A stretch of 64,000 bases of DNA from a virus, in IMG/VR virus record IMGVR_UViG_3300045125_000064, positions 36,383-100,382 of that record. One strand, 5' to 3'. The notes under the pieces are model-generated. The model did not search any database. It saw nothing but the letters and a program-made list of their open reading frames with translations, and was not told the origin of the DNA. This document shows, piece by piece, positions 1-12,015 of the stretch (its first letter is position 1; each line of letters begins with the position of its first letter). Both the position numbers and the translations under genes were made by a program.

Positions 1-3000
1 TCTTGCGCAAGATACTTTTGATACAACAACATCAAAATATAGATTATCCCAACAAACTGTTAAATGGTTAACTGGCAAACATTATTTCTATAACATAAAT
101 CATTATCGTAAAAGAAGACAATAGTGTGTCTTCAAAAGAAGATGGAACAAAAACTTTAAAAACTAAAGAATGCCCAGTTGTTAATAAATTCTATGATTTA
201 GAACAAACATTTGCTGCTGATGGTCATGTATATTCAATAAAATATCCATATGCAAGAAAAAATATTACATTTGGAAATACATTTTTATCTTTAAATGAAT
301 ATGAAAAAATAACATCTGCAAACTATAAACGATTTATAAATAGAAAATATAACAACAGCATAATAAGACTGTTAAAGAACAACAAAATAAGAAATATTGT
401 GTCTTATAAAGAAAATGTTTGGCCAAGACAAGAAAGGCAAGGACATACGGAAAGTGTGTTAAGAACAAATTATGATTTTCCTTGGTCATATTCTTTGACT
501 GAAAGAGTTACATCTGGTGGACATATAACACAATATAATAAACTATATGGAAAGTTTTCCATAACAACAACTTATTCTACAATGTCTTCTGGCCATTAGA
601 TACATATTATCGTTCTGGGCAGAATCATAATGGAGAAATGATGCAAGGTGATAGTCAAGCCAGCTATACAGATTTTGCAGTTGACCCTTACACCATTTCT
701 AGATTTTTACATGCTTCATACGGAAGAATTATAGCAGTTCATCCAACTTCATCAGACTCAATCATTCCAATAAATGATGTATTTGATTATTATCCAGATG
801 AAGAGAGATATTTGGGGCCAATATATGTTGAGAATAATAACAAAGCACTATATTTAAACAAATTTTATGATAATTATTCATTAATACCCGAATATACACA
901 CAATTCTGTGATTGATTCTCTAATCAACCAAACAGCATCAAATCTAAGCGATGATCTAAACAAACTTAATATTTCAGGAACAATCTCTTATGATTCTTTG
1001 ACAACAGAGAATGATAAAATTGATTTCTATGAAAACTATGTTAATTCAGATACTTTGTCTTGTGTAGATGATATCCAAGAAAGTGGAAAGCTTAAAAACA
1101 TAAAGATTAATTTTGATTGTGTTACCAACTTCACACCATATGAAGGCTTCTATCCTGTTCAAAGAATTATGCAATTAAATCGTTTATTCTACAACAATTA
1201 TAATTCTTTAATTCAAACAACTGGAAGCGACCTGAATATCTTTCCAATTGTTAAGCCATTATTTGGCGTTTTAATGAACTCAATTCGTTCATGTGTAGCT
1301 GTTGATTATCCATATTTAACTTCTCATAATCTTCCAACAACATCTGTGCCAAACATTTATGGTGGACCAAATATATCTCAGCTTAACAAGAGCACATGGA
1401 CAGCTTCATTTGAATGCACATACAAAGATAGACTTCCATTAAGAGCTATTTGGGAACCATATAAATGGTTTGGTGGTAAAATATATCTTGATTATGATAT
1501 AGAACTTGGAGACTATAATACAACTTGTTCTGTTGTTGGTTCTTCCCCTTTATATGATAAGGCAGCAGAGAATTTTGTTGCTGAAAGTGCGAACTTCTTT
1601 CTGGAAGACACAAAGATGACTTATCTAGCATCTAAACCAGAGGAACAGTGGAGATTTGATTTATCTGATCTGGATGCAGGATTAACTTCAAGAACAACAA
1701 AGAAATTTTCAATGGAAGTTGCTGTTCAAAAAAGAAACTTCTGCAACCATGATTCAGTATCATTTTATGGTCATGCTCCATATATCTATCATATACCTTT
1801 CTATAGCACAACAAACTGGGAAGATGTTTCATCAGGCAGCAAAGAACAAGACTTATCAATATCTCCAAGATTATATTTCACAGCAAGTCATACTGATAAT
1901 ACTGCATATGCAAGAGTAGAATTTGATATAGATAAATTAAGTTGGATAGATCCTATAAGATATTCTCAGATCTTATCAACTGGAAAAATTAGTTTACAAG
2001 ATATTCAATCATTTTCAACGGTTGAATATGTAAATGAAAGTATAAATAACTTTTTCACAAGTTCAATAACATCAAATATGACTTTGGATGCAGGAATAAA
2101 TCTGTTTGATAAGAATGCAAGAAATGAATGGGTTATTAATAGTAAACATGAATGGCCATCTTTAGATTTTAGGCATGTTGAAGCAAATTCCTGTATCACA
2201 ACAGATCCAGCAAGCGAAAACACCATCTGGAACAATAATGAGAGGATTGTGGCACCAGCTATCTTTCTCTGGTTCTAAATCTGACTTATCTGGTTTATTC
2301 TTGGGATTGAGGGATGATAGAACAAGAAATCCAGCAGAAACTGGTTCTTTGATTGATGCATGTGGTTTTGCAAGAACTGAAAAGAGAATGTGTCAAATTG
2401 CTTCAAATAAAGAAATTTCAGAGGCTGTGTTGGTTATCCCATATGTATTTGATGATTGTAATAAAGAAACATTTTTTAATTTAAACATCGAAGATTTTGA
2501 AAGAGAATTTATTGAATATGAGCAAACTGGAATAGTCGATAATTCAATTAAAAGATGCAATCGATAAGGCAAGAAGATATAACCTTCCTCCTGCATATGA
2601 TTATTTTTATGAAAGAAGAAAAACTGGAAAGAAAATCTCTGAAAGAGAATTTACTTCAAATAAACCATTTGCAATGTATATTTTTGAAGTAAAAGACACT
2701 TTTGATGAGAGAGATATGATGTATATCTGGCAAAATATTGCACCAAAGAATACAATGTACCTGAAAAATCATTCTTTTGAAATTTCTCATCCCATTAATA
2801 ATAGAGAGATGCTAAATTGTGAACTTCCAAAAGATGTGAGATTTAAGGTTATTAAAGTAAAGAAAAAAGCATACACTTCTTACCAACAAGTAGAAGATCT
2901 AAAATTTGGAACAAATCTACATAAAGAAGAAAGAAGCTACAACTGGCCACATGATTTTTATAGTTTGGTTGAATTAGGTAAAGTCGATGTTTGTCTAACA

Positions 3001-3018
3001 TATGGAGAAAATGTTTAA
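1..3018 (+). CDS. C-terminal part of a very large virion (probably baseplate-region) protein, split by indels
   Basis: ORF pieces 126-599, 638-2278, 2175-2567 and 2674-3018 abut in shifted frames (e.g. GQNHNGE-MMQG continues into 638). Rich in TAS/SGS/TGS like other virion proteins here; lies upstream of baseplate-like genes; begins before the window. Confidence 0.45.
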
Positions 3019-3797
3019 TGATATTTGATGCTAAACAAGAAGTGATGGACATATCGTTAACAGATGTTGGCAAAAAGTCTCTCACTAGTTTCAATTTTAT
3101 CCCATATTATTATATGTTCTCAGATGATGGGGTAATATACAATTCACAACATGGCGAGGAACAATCGAACATAACTGACAGAATTAAAACAACATTTTGT
3201 GAGAAGACAAACCCAAAATATATTTATTCAATCCTTGGAAATGGTGATGGCTCTCAATTTGCACCATATTGGAACATTAAATTTTCTGGAACATCTCAGC
3301 AAAATGTGTTATATTATTATGAAGGGTCAACAATAGTTTCATCTTCAACTGTGAGCACTGTTCCTCTTGAAGATATGTTTAAAATGAAAACTGTTGATTT
3401 TTTGGCAAAACTCTTCCAAATTTTTATTTAAAAATAAAAGACTCCAAAGATATAAATAAATTTGAATCAATTCCACAGATTTATTGCAAAGATTAAAACA
3501 AAATTATATTTTGACAATGTAGAAAAACAAATTTATCATGCTTTTAAAGACAAAAAAATTTTTATGCAACTTGAAGAACTCAACACTTTATACACAGATG
3601 ACGGAGATGAGTTCGAATTGGAAGTTTTGAATATATTTTGGACAAGAATACAACTGATGATATTACAGTTAAAAAACTAAGTTCTGAAGAAATTACAAGT
3701 AAATTTAATATAGTCCTTGACAAAGAAGATAAACTTTATAATGATAAATTCAACATTTATGAGTGATAAGATTTTGGAGGTTAAAGAACAGTGCTAA
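3018..3797 (+). CDS. putative virion/baseplate-associated protein (frameshifted)
   Basis: N-terminus MIFDAKQEVMDISLTDVGKKSL...YMFSDDGVIY resembles that of the 7383 gene (DAILTNLGRKRLA...FGDSEI). ORFs 2991-3431 and 3462-3680 are probably one gene. Confidence 0.45.
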
Positions 3798-3947
3798 ATA
3801 ATTATACTTTAAGCCAAAACAAAAAGCAATATTATATTTCTTTAGATTTTGTATCTAAACCTTATATTATATATCATACTGATAATATTGAAATTAACAT
3901 ATTTTTTAATCTATTTTTGTATAACAAACAAATAGATTCCTATAATT

Positions 3948-4873
3948 TTGAGGTTTGATGATGACAATTATTTCATATGTAATAATCTTTCTGGCTATAA
4001 GTTCTGGATTGATATTGAAAGACAAAAAATAACAGCTCATAATATTGAGAAAATTAATACACAATTATTAAAAATATCTTTCTTGTGTCCATATCCAAAA
4101 AAAATAAAACAAACTTCAATGACATTCACTTATTCTATGCCAAATATTTTGGCTATTTTTATTAATGATGTTGTTTTACCAAATTACAAAAAAAATGTTT
4201 CAAAATATTATTCTATATTTTTTGATGGACTACAACATATTAGTGAAGAAGAAGAGATAAGACAAATTGAAGATAATGTAAAAAAACTGCTTAAAAATAT
4301 TAACACAACAAATGCTGTTGGTAATAGAACAAGTACAATTGTTTTAAAACAAAAGCCTAAAGTATTAATTTCTTATCAAAAGATGTACTAGAACACATAT
4401 TTTCTAATGCAATTGATAGTGGTTTAAAAATAATTGATAATTCTAATCTGTTGACACAATTCTATTCAAAACAACTGGTACTCAATAAGCAAACAGAGTT
4501 CATAAATCTATCATCCGTATCAACAATATTGCCAGATTTAAATTTTGAAAGTCGTTCAGCATGTATATCAGAACAGTCTAATTCTAATAATACAACAATT
4601 CCAAATATTATAAAGATATTAAGTCTTTTCCATGGGAACTATTTAACATATGAACAAGCAACTGATTTACTGCAAGTGCATAATTCGCTAGAAGAAACAA
4701 ATACGTATCTCTTAAAAGATGTTGGAATAAATTATAAACATATGTCCAACAAGGATGGTATTATTCTTCCAAATCTAGTTACTACAAATGAGCCTGGAGA
4801 TGGCAGAATTGAAAAGACTCTTGCTCATAACATTTTGGAAGTTCCAGCTATAGGAAGTTATTACTTAGAATGA
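3948..4873 (+). CDS. hypothetical protein (probably one frameshifted gene starting near 3790)
   Basis: ORFs 3948-4391 and 4451-4873; no recognisable motif. Confidence 0.35.
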
Positions 4874-5484
4874 ACACAACAAATCTAAATTACAACTATT
4901 CTTGTAATAATAGCTATCATTATGATATTTTTAGTATTTTGAAAGGTAACTTTCTGTATCAGCTAGGTAGAAAAATCTACGACATCAAAGACAAGAAACC
5001 TTTTACAGAATATGATATTAATGAATTTCACAAACTACAAGACATTGAGCAAGAAGTAAAGTGGTGCAGCAACATAAGAATAAAGTATCCAGATTTTTCA
5101 GAATATAGTGATGAAGCCTTACTTGTTCTTGCGACAGCAATGGCAGTTGCTTATCCTTCAACAAAGACACTTGATATGAATTATGAGTTCAAACTCATAG
5201 AATCTCAGCAAGAAAAGTATGGCAAATCTCAGCTTAAAGAATCAATAAATAAAGAATTCTATACCATAGAAATTCATGTTGCTTATCATAACATTTATGA
5301 TATATCAAGAATCAAAAACATTTTTAGATTCTTGTATGGCAACAAAACATTTGAAATTACTGCAAAAAACAAAAACTACAATACAATTACCATCGAATCT
5401 AAACAATATGTTTCGAAGAATCCAATTAATTATTTGGCTTTTTTTGAAACATATACTAAAGAAATAATTATAGAAATGTTGTAG
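4870..5484 (+). CDS. hypothetical protein
   Basis: 204-aa ORF with ATGA overlap to the previous gene. Confidence 0.5.
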   Translation: MNTTNLNYNYSCNNSYHYDIFSILKGNFLYQLGRKIYDIKDKKPFTEYDINEFHKLQDIEQEVKWCSNIRIKYPDFSEYSDEALLVLATAMAVAYPSTKTLDMNYEFKLIESQQEKYGKSQLKESINKEFYTIEIHVAYHNIYDISRIKNIFRFLYGNKTFEITAKNKNYNTITIESKQYVSKNPINYLAFFETYTKEIIIEML

Positions 5485-5507
5485 AAAATAGAAATCATAC
5501 TGATAGC

Positions 5508-7352
5508 GTGGTAAAGAATAAAGTTATTCCTCATTATAATTATTGGACAAAATATGAAACAAAAGAATTTGGCGGAATAAGCCCACTAGAAAGAAAGGAA
5601 ACCACTCTTTCAAACCTTTATTTTGATAACCAATTTTATGAGCAATCAAATAGAAAGCCATTAGATGATAAAATGGTAGAAGACAATCCAGCAAGCACAT
5701 CATTCTATGTTGAACCAGATTCTCTGGAGCAGAAAAAGCTTGAACAGGATTCTTTGAATGTGAAGTATGCTTCATATTTAAAATATGAGTTATACAAACC
5801 AGATAATACCAAATCATACATTCTTTCAAATAAAGATAAGGCAAATGTAGTGTTTCTATACAACAGTAAGAGACAAAACCTATCTGAATTTGAGCTATAT
5901 AATGAAAATCTAAGAACAAACAAGAAAATACAATATTACGATTTTTCTATTGATTCTGCTGAAGCTGAGTGAAGATTCTTTTATGATTATGCCATCTGCG
6001 AATGGAAAATTTATGAAAGTATTTGATAATCAATATGCTGAATCAAAACTCAACAAGTTTACGCAGTGTGTTGGCAAAAATCAACCAGTTGTTTCTTACT
6101 TGGATGATTATTTAGCAATTTTAGATAATATTCTTTCAATCAATCCATCTTTTTCTAATTCTTTGATGATTAATCAATCAGAACATCTTGGATACTGTGT
6201 TTTATAAGAACAATGTATCAAAGCTAACAAGACAACAGGAGTATTTGATTCCAAGAATCGACTCAGATGTTCAGTATTATGATACACAAACCTTCTGGGG
6301 TTCAAATTATAGTATAAAAATTGATAGATTATATGGTTCAGTGGGAAGAAGAATCAAATATGTATTCAATCCAAAATCTATGGAAGTTTCCAGATTATAA
6401 CAAACCTCTAAAAAATAATCCCTTAACATCATTTTCTATCAAACATTCGCTAGATATTGAGCTTAGAAATCTTTTGACTTTCTACCAAGAAGTAAATTAT
6501 CAAGACAATGTGCTTGTATATGACAACGAGCCATCTATTGTTGATGCACAAATTTCTCATTATAAAGATACCAATAATATTAAAATTTTCTTTGGTTCAA
6601 CAATTGAAAAATATGAGCTGGAAAGAACAAAATATATGGAGCAGATGAAATATCTGTCAACAATAGGTGGAATAACAGAAGCAAGTGTATATTTACAAAT
6701 TGCTCTTGCAGAATTAGTTCAAAAGTATAATTCTTATGAAGACAATTCCAAAAAGTTATTATTTTTATATGAAAATGATATTGATAAATACGAATGTATA
6801 ATATTAGATGACAAAAAACAGTTTTATAAACATTATTCAAGTAAATATCCTAATAAGAGCTTGAAAATTTGCTTGGAAAGTGACAAAAAATTCTATTTTA
6901 TTCTTTACTGTGTGGATAAACATAAAAAGTTTTCACCTTTAACTGTATATTCTGTGGAATTGGTAAGCAATTTATCAAATTATCCAATTATAGAATATAT
7001 TGATATTGATGAATTTTTGCATGGTAATAAAAAAGAGATCCAAGAGCTTGTATTCAAAAAATCTCTGTTAATTGAACCATCAAATAGCAACTATTTTTCA
7101 TATTATAAGTTGTATGATGACGTAAAAGCACAAGTTGATAAAAATGAACAATTTTGGGACATTCCAACAGATTCTGGAGAAGCACAAACAAGAATACCAA
7201 AATATAAATTTAGAATAAAATCAAAGAAAACTGGAAGAACCTTAGATTTAAATGTCAACTTTGAACGAGAAAAAATAAACATTAAGGATGGCATAGATAA
7301 AGAACAAAATATGCTTGGTGACTCTTGGAAATGGGAAAAAATCACAGTATAA
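5508..7352 (+). CDS. hypothetical protein, probably virion-associated (frameshifted)
   Basis: ORF pieces 5508-5972, 5950-6207, 6188-6400, 6321-7352 overlap in shifted frames; C-terminus KYKFRIKSKKTGRTLDLNVNF. Confidence 0.4.
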
Positions 7353-7382
7353 CATATTTATGTAAGACACAGGAGAATATAG

Positions 7383-8367
7383 ATGAAGCTGGACAATGAA
7401 GGATTTTTAGTAATAGACGCAATTTTGACCAATCTTGGCAGAAAAAGACTGGCAGAGAGCAACGGAGTTTTAACCAATAAGAAAATATGCGGCTTTTGGT
7501 GATTCAGAAATTATCCATAATTTATATGATATAAACAATGTTTTCAACATCAGAAGCAAAAATACTGCTAACCCCAATCTCAGAAGCTTCTCCAGATGAT
7601 TCTATTGGGCCTTGAAAATATAAGCTTATTGAGCAATCTAGATAAAACTCTTTCGTATTTACCAACTCTACAAGTCAATACTGATTCAAATACTCTTTAT
7701 GGTCTACCAAATATTAATATTGCAACAGATACTTTAAAAAGGTTCAATATACAGGTGGTAATCTTCTCTAATCAGTAGTGCCTCCAGAAGGATATAAATT
7801 CTTCAGTTCATGTTAGCTATGGTGGAAATTTACAGCCTGGAGAAATAGATGGTTCAACTTCACAAAAAGCTTCAGAAAGATTGATGTCATATTGACCAGG
7901 GAATAAACAGTACAGCTAAAGGCGAGAAGGGAACAAGCTTAGATCCAAATCTTTTGGAAACTCAATTCTATATTAAATTAGATGCAAAATTTGGCAGATT
8001 AGTTTCAAGAAATGGAGTTTATGTCGATTCAGGTGTTAGTTCAAACCTGGAAAATATTGACTCAGATTATATTGCAACATACTCATTTAGCATGGAAAAT
8101 GATCCAGAATTTTTTAGTGCTGCTCCACCAAAAGGAAACACATCAATAAATGGACCAGTTGGTCGTCAATTTGTGTTTTCCATTGCAGCAAGTGATTTCT
8201 TAATGAATAATTACAGCTATGCAGGTCAAGTATATGGTGAATTGAAAGCAATAACAGATGCGACATATAATATCTATGGAATAGATTCATATGTGGAAAT
8301 AATAGGTAATACATTTGGAAGAAGTGTAAGAATACCAATAACTTATTTTGTTTTTCTTCCAAAATAA
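7383..8367 (+). CDS. putative tail/baseplate protein (heavily frameshifted)
   Basis: SD AGGAG at 7371, ATG at 7383: MKLDNEGFLVIDAILTNLGRKRLAE...; ends with ORF 7954-8367. CATATTTAT late-like motif at 7353. Confidence 0.5.
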
Positions 8368-8384
8368 CAGGAGTTTAAAATATA

Positions 8385-9462
8385 ATGGCAGGTACATATT
8401 CATTCTTTTCAGCAAACGATATCTCAACTGGTGTTAACACTCAGTTATATGAAGGTGTTGTATTAACCTCTTCTGTTATGAGAAGTTCATCATATGCAGA
8501 CTTAAATGTAAAAACTTATACACATGGCATGTTTAATACTGTCTATGATTATCCATATTTATCATCATCAGCAAATGCTTTGTTCTCAATCACAGCAGCA
8601 ACCAGAAGCAATTCTCCAGCGATCACAGATGGAGCAAATAAAGTCATTGTTTATGACCATTATTCATATACAGCATTTGGTGTTGATCAAACAGGAAGTA
8701 TAATTCCAGCAAATTGCACAGCATCAACAGCAACAGCGTCATTCTCAGCAAATCCTTTGGCTGACGATGTGATGAGCAAATTGATTGCTATTGATTTTAG
8801 CAGAATTGTTGCAAAAGATGAGATTAAAAAGGGGACATTTAGATTATCATATGTCAGAGAAATAAATTATGCTTGGACTTCTTCCCCTTTAACAGCTTTT
8901 TTATGATTCTACTGTGAGTGGAAACTGATAATTTCTGGTCAAATTCTCCATTGGGCGAATATGGTCTGTTATACGACTCGCAACAATCTTTACAATGTGG
9001 TCTAATTTTTTATAAACAAGGTCTTGTTTTAATTGATCCATACAGAACAGCTTTAAGATCTCCATTGATAGAATTTTATTCATCAAGTGCAGGAACTGTA
9101 TATGATCTTGTTCAATCGTTTGAAAGTCAATCAATTGAGCAAGTTGCCAACAACTTCAAAATAGAATTGATCAAATTTCATTCTCAAGCTCTGTTAATTT
9201 GTATTCAACAGTCTACAATTGTTCAGCAGGAAGTGCAAAATTCTTGCATAGCTCAAACCCAACATTTGTTTCTTCATCAGGACAGATCAAAACAGCAAAG
9301 GTTAATGCATTTGGTGATGCTCAGACAAGTCCAGTTACTTTCGTGACTGAAATCGGTCTATACAGTGCAAACGATGAACTCTTGGCAATTGCAAAGTTAA
9401 GTGAGCCACAAAAAATAAGCGAAATGAGCCAGCCATCTTTCAAGATTAAGCTAGATTATTAA
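8385..9462 (+). CDS. putative baseplate wedge/tail protein (frameshifted)
   Basis: SD AGGAG; pieces 8385-8906, 8918-9346, 9199-9462; C-terminal TFVTEIGLYSANDELLAIAKLSEP...KIKLDY domain of myovirus tail/baseplate proteins. Confidence 0.55.
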
Positions 9463-9467
9463 TAAGA

Positions 9468-10514
9468 ATGGAAAAATTTGAACAAAATGACATAATAAGA
9501 AATACTATCATTTCATATCCTTCCTACACAATTGATATGTATAATGATAGTATTTATCTTAATTCTGTCAGTTCAGAAGGAAACCAACAACAAGACAAAA
9601 TATATCTAACAAGTCAAGTATCTTCTTCATACTTTAAAAGATATTTTTGCAGAACAGATGGGAATTCTGACACATATCCAGTGTATAGCAACTATGAAGT
9701 CGAGCCATTTCTAAATTCACTTTATAGTTCTATGAATTATTATTCTGTTAAATCAAGATATTATAATCAAACATATTATTTTGACACAGGAAGCAATAAA
9801 CTTCTTGCAAATTCGTATTTTAATTTGATGAAAATAACTCCACTATTGTTTGGAACAAAGATAAGACCTGGTACAATCAATCTTGAATATTATTTCACTG
9901 GTTCTTTAATTTCGTCTGCAACAGATCACAAAAAAAATGGAGAAATAATTTCAAATTATGGGACAACAAGTGGAAGCGTTATAGGTATTGCTTTTTATTC
10001 TGAAGGATATATTCTCCTTACATCAAGTGTCGCATTAAATTCCGAATCAGAGTATTTTAAGATGCCAACTTCGTCCCTTGGAACACCAATGACTGATAAT
10101 CCAAAATGGTGTTACTTTGGATGTTATCAAAATACAAACATTATAGATAATTATGCAATTGATAGTTCTTCTTATAAAATATCGTTTGAAGGTGTTAATG
10201 AAACACAAGTTATGACAATGTTTGCTCATATGCCAAGAAATAAATATGCTTGGAGTAATAACCTTACATTTATGTCAAGTTCTCAAGTGTTTAAAACAAC
10301 AATAGATTCAGTTAAAGAAAGTGATAAAGAATATATTTATGCAACTAATGGAAATATCACAAATTACTCCTCTTCTTATGATCCACAAACATTTTTGTCA
10401 AAAGTTCTAATCTACAATCAAAACAAAGAACTTCTTGCTGTATGTTCATTATCAAAAAACACACTTAAGAGGCAGAAAGACAATTTTTCTGTTAAAATGA
10501 CTCTTGACATATAG
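9468..10514 (+). CDS. putative baseplate wedge/tail protein, paralogue of the preceding gene
   Basis: Intact 348 aa; shared C-terminal motif TFLSKVLIYNQNKELLAVCSLS...KMTLDI. Confidence 0.6.
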   Translation: MEKFEQNDIIRNTIISYPSYTIDMYNDSIYLNSVSSEGNQQQDKIYLTSQVSSSYFKRYFCRTDGNSDTYPVYSNYEVEPFLNSLYSSMNYYSVKSRYYNQTYYFDTGSNKLLANSYFNLMKITPLLFGTKIRPGTINLEYYFTGSLISSATDHKKNGEIISNYGTTSGSVIGIAFYSEGYILLTSSVALNSESEYFKMPTSSLGTPMTDNPKWCYFGCYQNTNIIDNYAIDSSSYKISFEGVNETQVMTMFAHMPRNKYAWSNNLTFMSSSQVFKTTIDSVKESDKEYIYATNGNITNYSSSYDPQTFLSKVLIYNQNKELLAVCSLSKNTLKRQKDNFSVKMTLDI

Positions 10515-10549
10515 TATAATGTCCCAAAGTTCACAAATATGAGGTATAA

Positions 10550-11098
10550 ATGTTAATAATCGGTTTAGATGTATCTTCAACTGTTACTGGTGTTGCAGTT
10601 GTTAAAGATGGAAAATTAATAAAAAATGAAGGGATTGATTTGAAAAAACTTAAGAATTTTTTCACAAAAGCAGAGCATGTTGAAAGATATCTTGAAGAAC
10701 TTGCTGAAGAATATCAACCAGATGCAATATATATTGAAGAGCCTCTAAAAGCCTTTGCATCAGGTCTATCATCAGCATCAACTATTGCTTCACTGACAAG
10801 ATTTAATGGCCTTGTAAGCTGGCTTGTATATAAGATCTGGGGTAAAATGCTAGAGTATGTTTCTTGTCAACATGCAAGAAAATTGTATGGTGTTGTGATC
10901 AACAAAGTAAACAAAGAGAACGGCAAGGATGCTGCCTTCAGAACAGTTATTGACAAAGAGCCTGATTTTCGTGTAAACTACAACAGACTAGGAAATGTTG
11001 CTGCGTCAACAAAGGATATGTCTGATGCAGTTGTCATTGCGAGAGCAGGTGAAAAATTATGGAGTCAAGGGATAGTTCAAAAGATAGAAGAAGACTAG
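10550..11098 (+). CDS. RuvC-like Holliday junction resolvase
   Basis: IIGLDVSSTVTGVAV, IYIEEP and DMSDAVVIA carry the RNase H-fold acidic catalytic residues. Confidence 0.85.
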   Translation: MLIIGLDVSSTVTGVAVVKDGKLIKNEGIDLKKLKNFFTKAEHVERYLEELAEEYQPDAIYIEEPLKAFASGLSSASTIASLTRFNGLVSWLVYKIWGKMLEYVSCQHARKLYGVVINKVNKENGKDAAFRTVIDKEPDFRVNYNRLGNVAASTKDMSDAVVIARAGEKLWSQGIVQKIEED

Positions 11099-12011
11099 AG
11101 ATATTAGAAGAGATCTTTGGAAGTTATACAAAATCAGGAAGAGAACACCTGTTCTCATGTAAATTTTGTAATCATCACAAGAAAAAACTGTCAATCAATA
11201 TAGAAAAGAATTGCTATAAATGTTGGGTTTGTAACAAGTCTGGAAAAAGCATAACCAGACTTGTTATTGCCTTTGGAAACACATTTCAGAAACAAAAGTG
11301 GCAACTTATTGAACCAGATTCATATTTTATGAATCAACAGCATGAGATCTTTGTTGATCCGACAATAACCCTACCAGAAGAATTTATTTCTGCAACATCT
11401 GGAAATCTAAAACAATATATAATAAATTCATAAGATATTTGCATTCTAGAGGTCTTGATGATAAAGATATATGGAAATGGAAGCCTGGATTTGTTATTGG
11501 TGGAGAATTGAATAACAGAGTAGTTTTCCCATCTGTCAATGATAAAGGAAAATGTGGTTATTATGTTGCAAGAACTATTGTGGATGATTTTATTCCGTAT
11601 ATGAATCCAGATGTTGAGAAATCTCATATTATTTTCAATGAGCTTAATCTTAATTTTGAAAAATCAATGGTTCTTGTCGAAGGTGTATTTGATGCAATTA
11701 TTGCAGGAGACAATTCAGTTCCAATCCTTGGCTCAACACTTCCAGAAGATTCAAAGCTGTTCAGAAAGATATCAGAATATGGCACTCCAGTTTATCTTGC
11801 ATTAGATCCAGATGCAGAAGAAAAACAATTGAAGATTGTGGAAGATCTATTACAATATGATATTGATTGCTTCTTAATTGACGTTGAACCGTTCAAAGAT
11901 GTGGGAAGTATGACAAAACAAGAGTTCCAGGAAAGAAAAGAACAAGCAACACAGATGACCCTAGATTCAATGCTAGAATACAAGATGATACAACAATTTA
12001 AACGAGGATAA
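11059..12011 (+). CDS. DNA primase (Zn finger + Toprim), one frameshift near 11420
   Basis: CKFC...CYKCWVC zinc-binding domain; VLVEGVFDA and ALDPDAE Toprim motifs; KFIRYLHSRG bridges the two ORFs. Confidence 0.85.
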
Positions 12012-12015
12012 AAAG

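Noticed and set aside
10492-10520. TTGACA and TATAAT before the resolvase gene
   Set aside because: The two boxes are only 5 nt apart, and the correctly spaced -35 is a weak TTAAAA. A promoter is plausible but not well enough supported to list.
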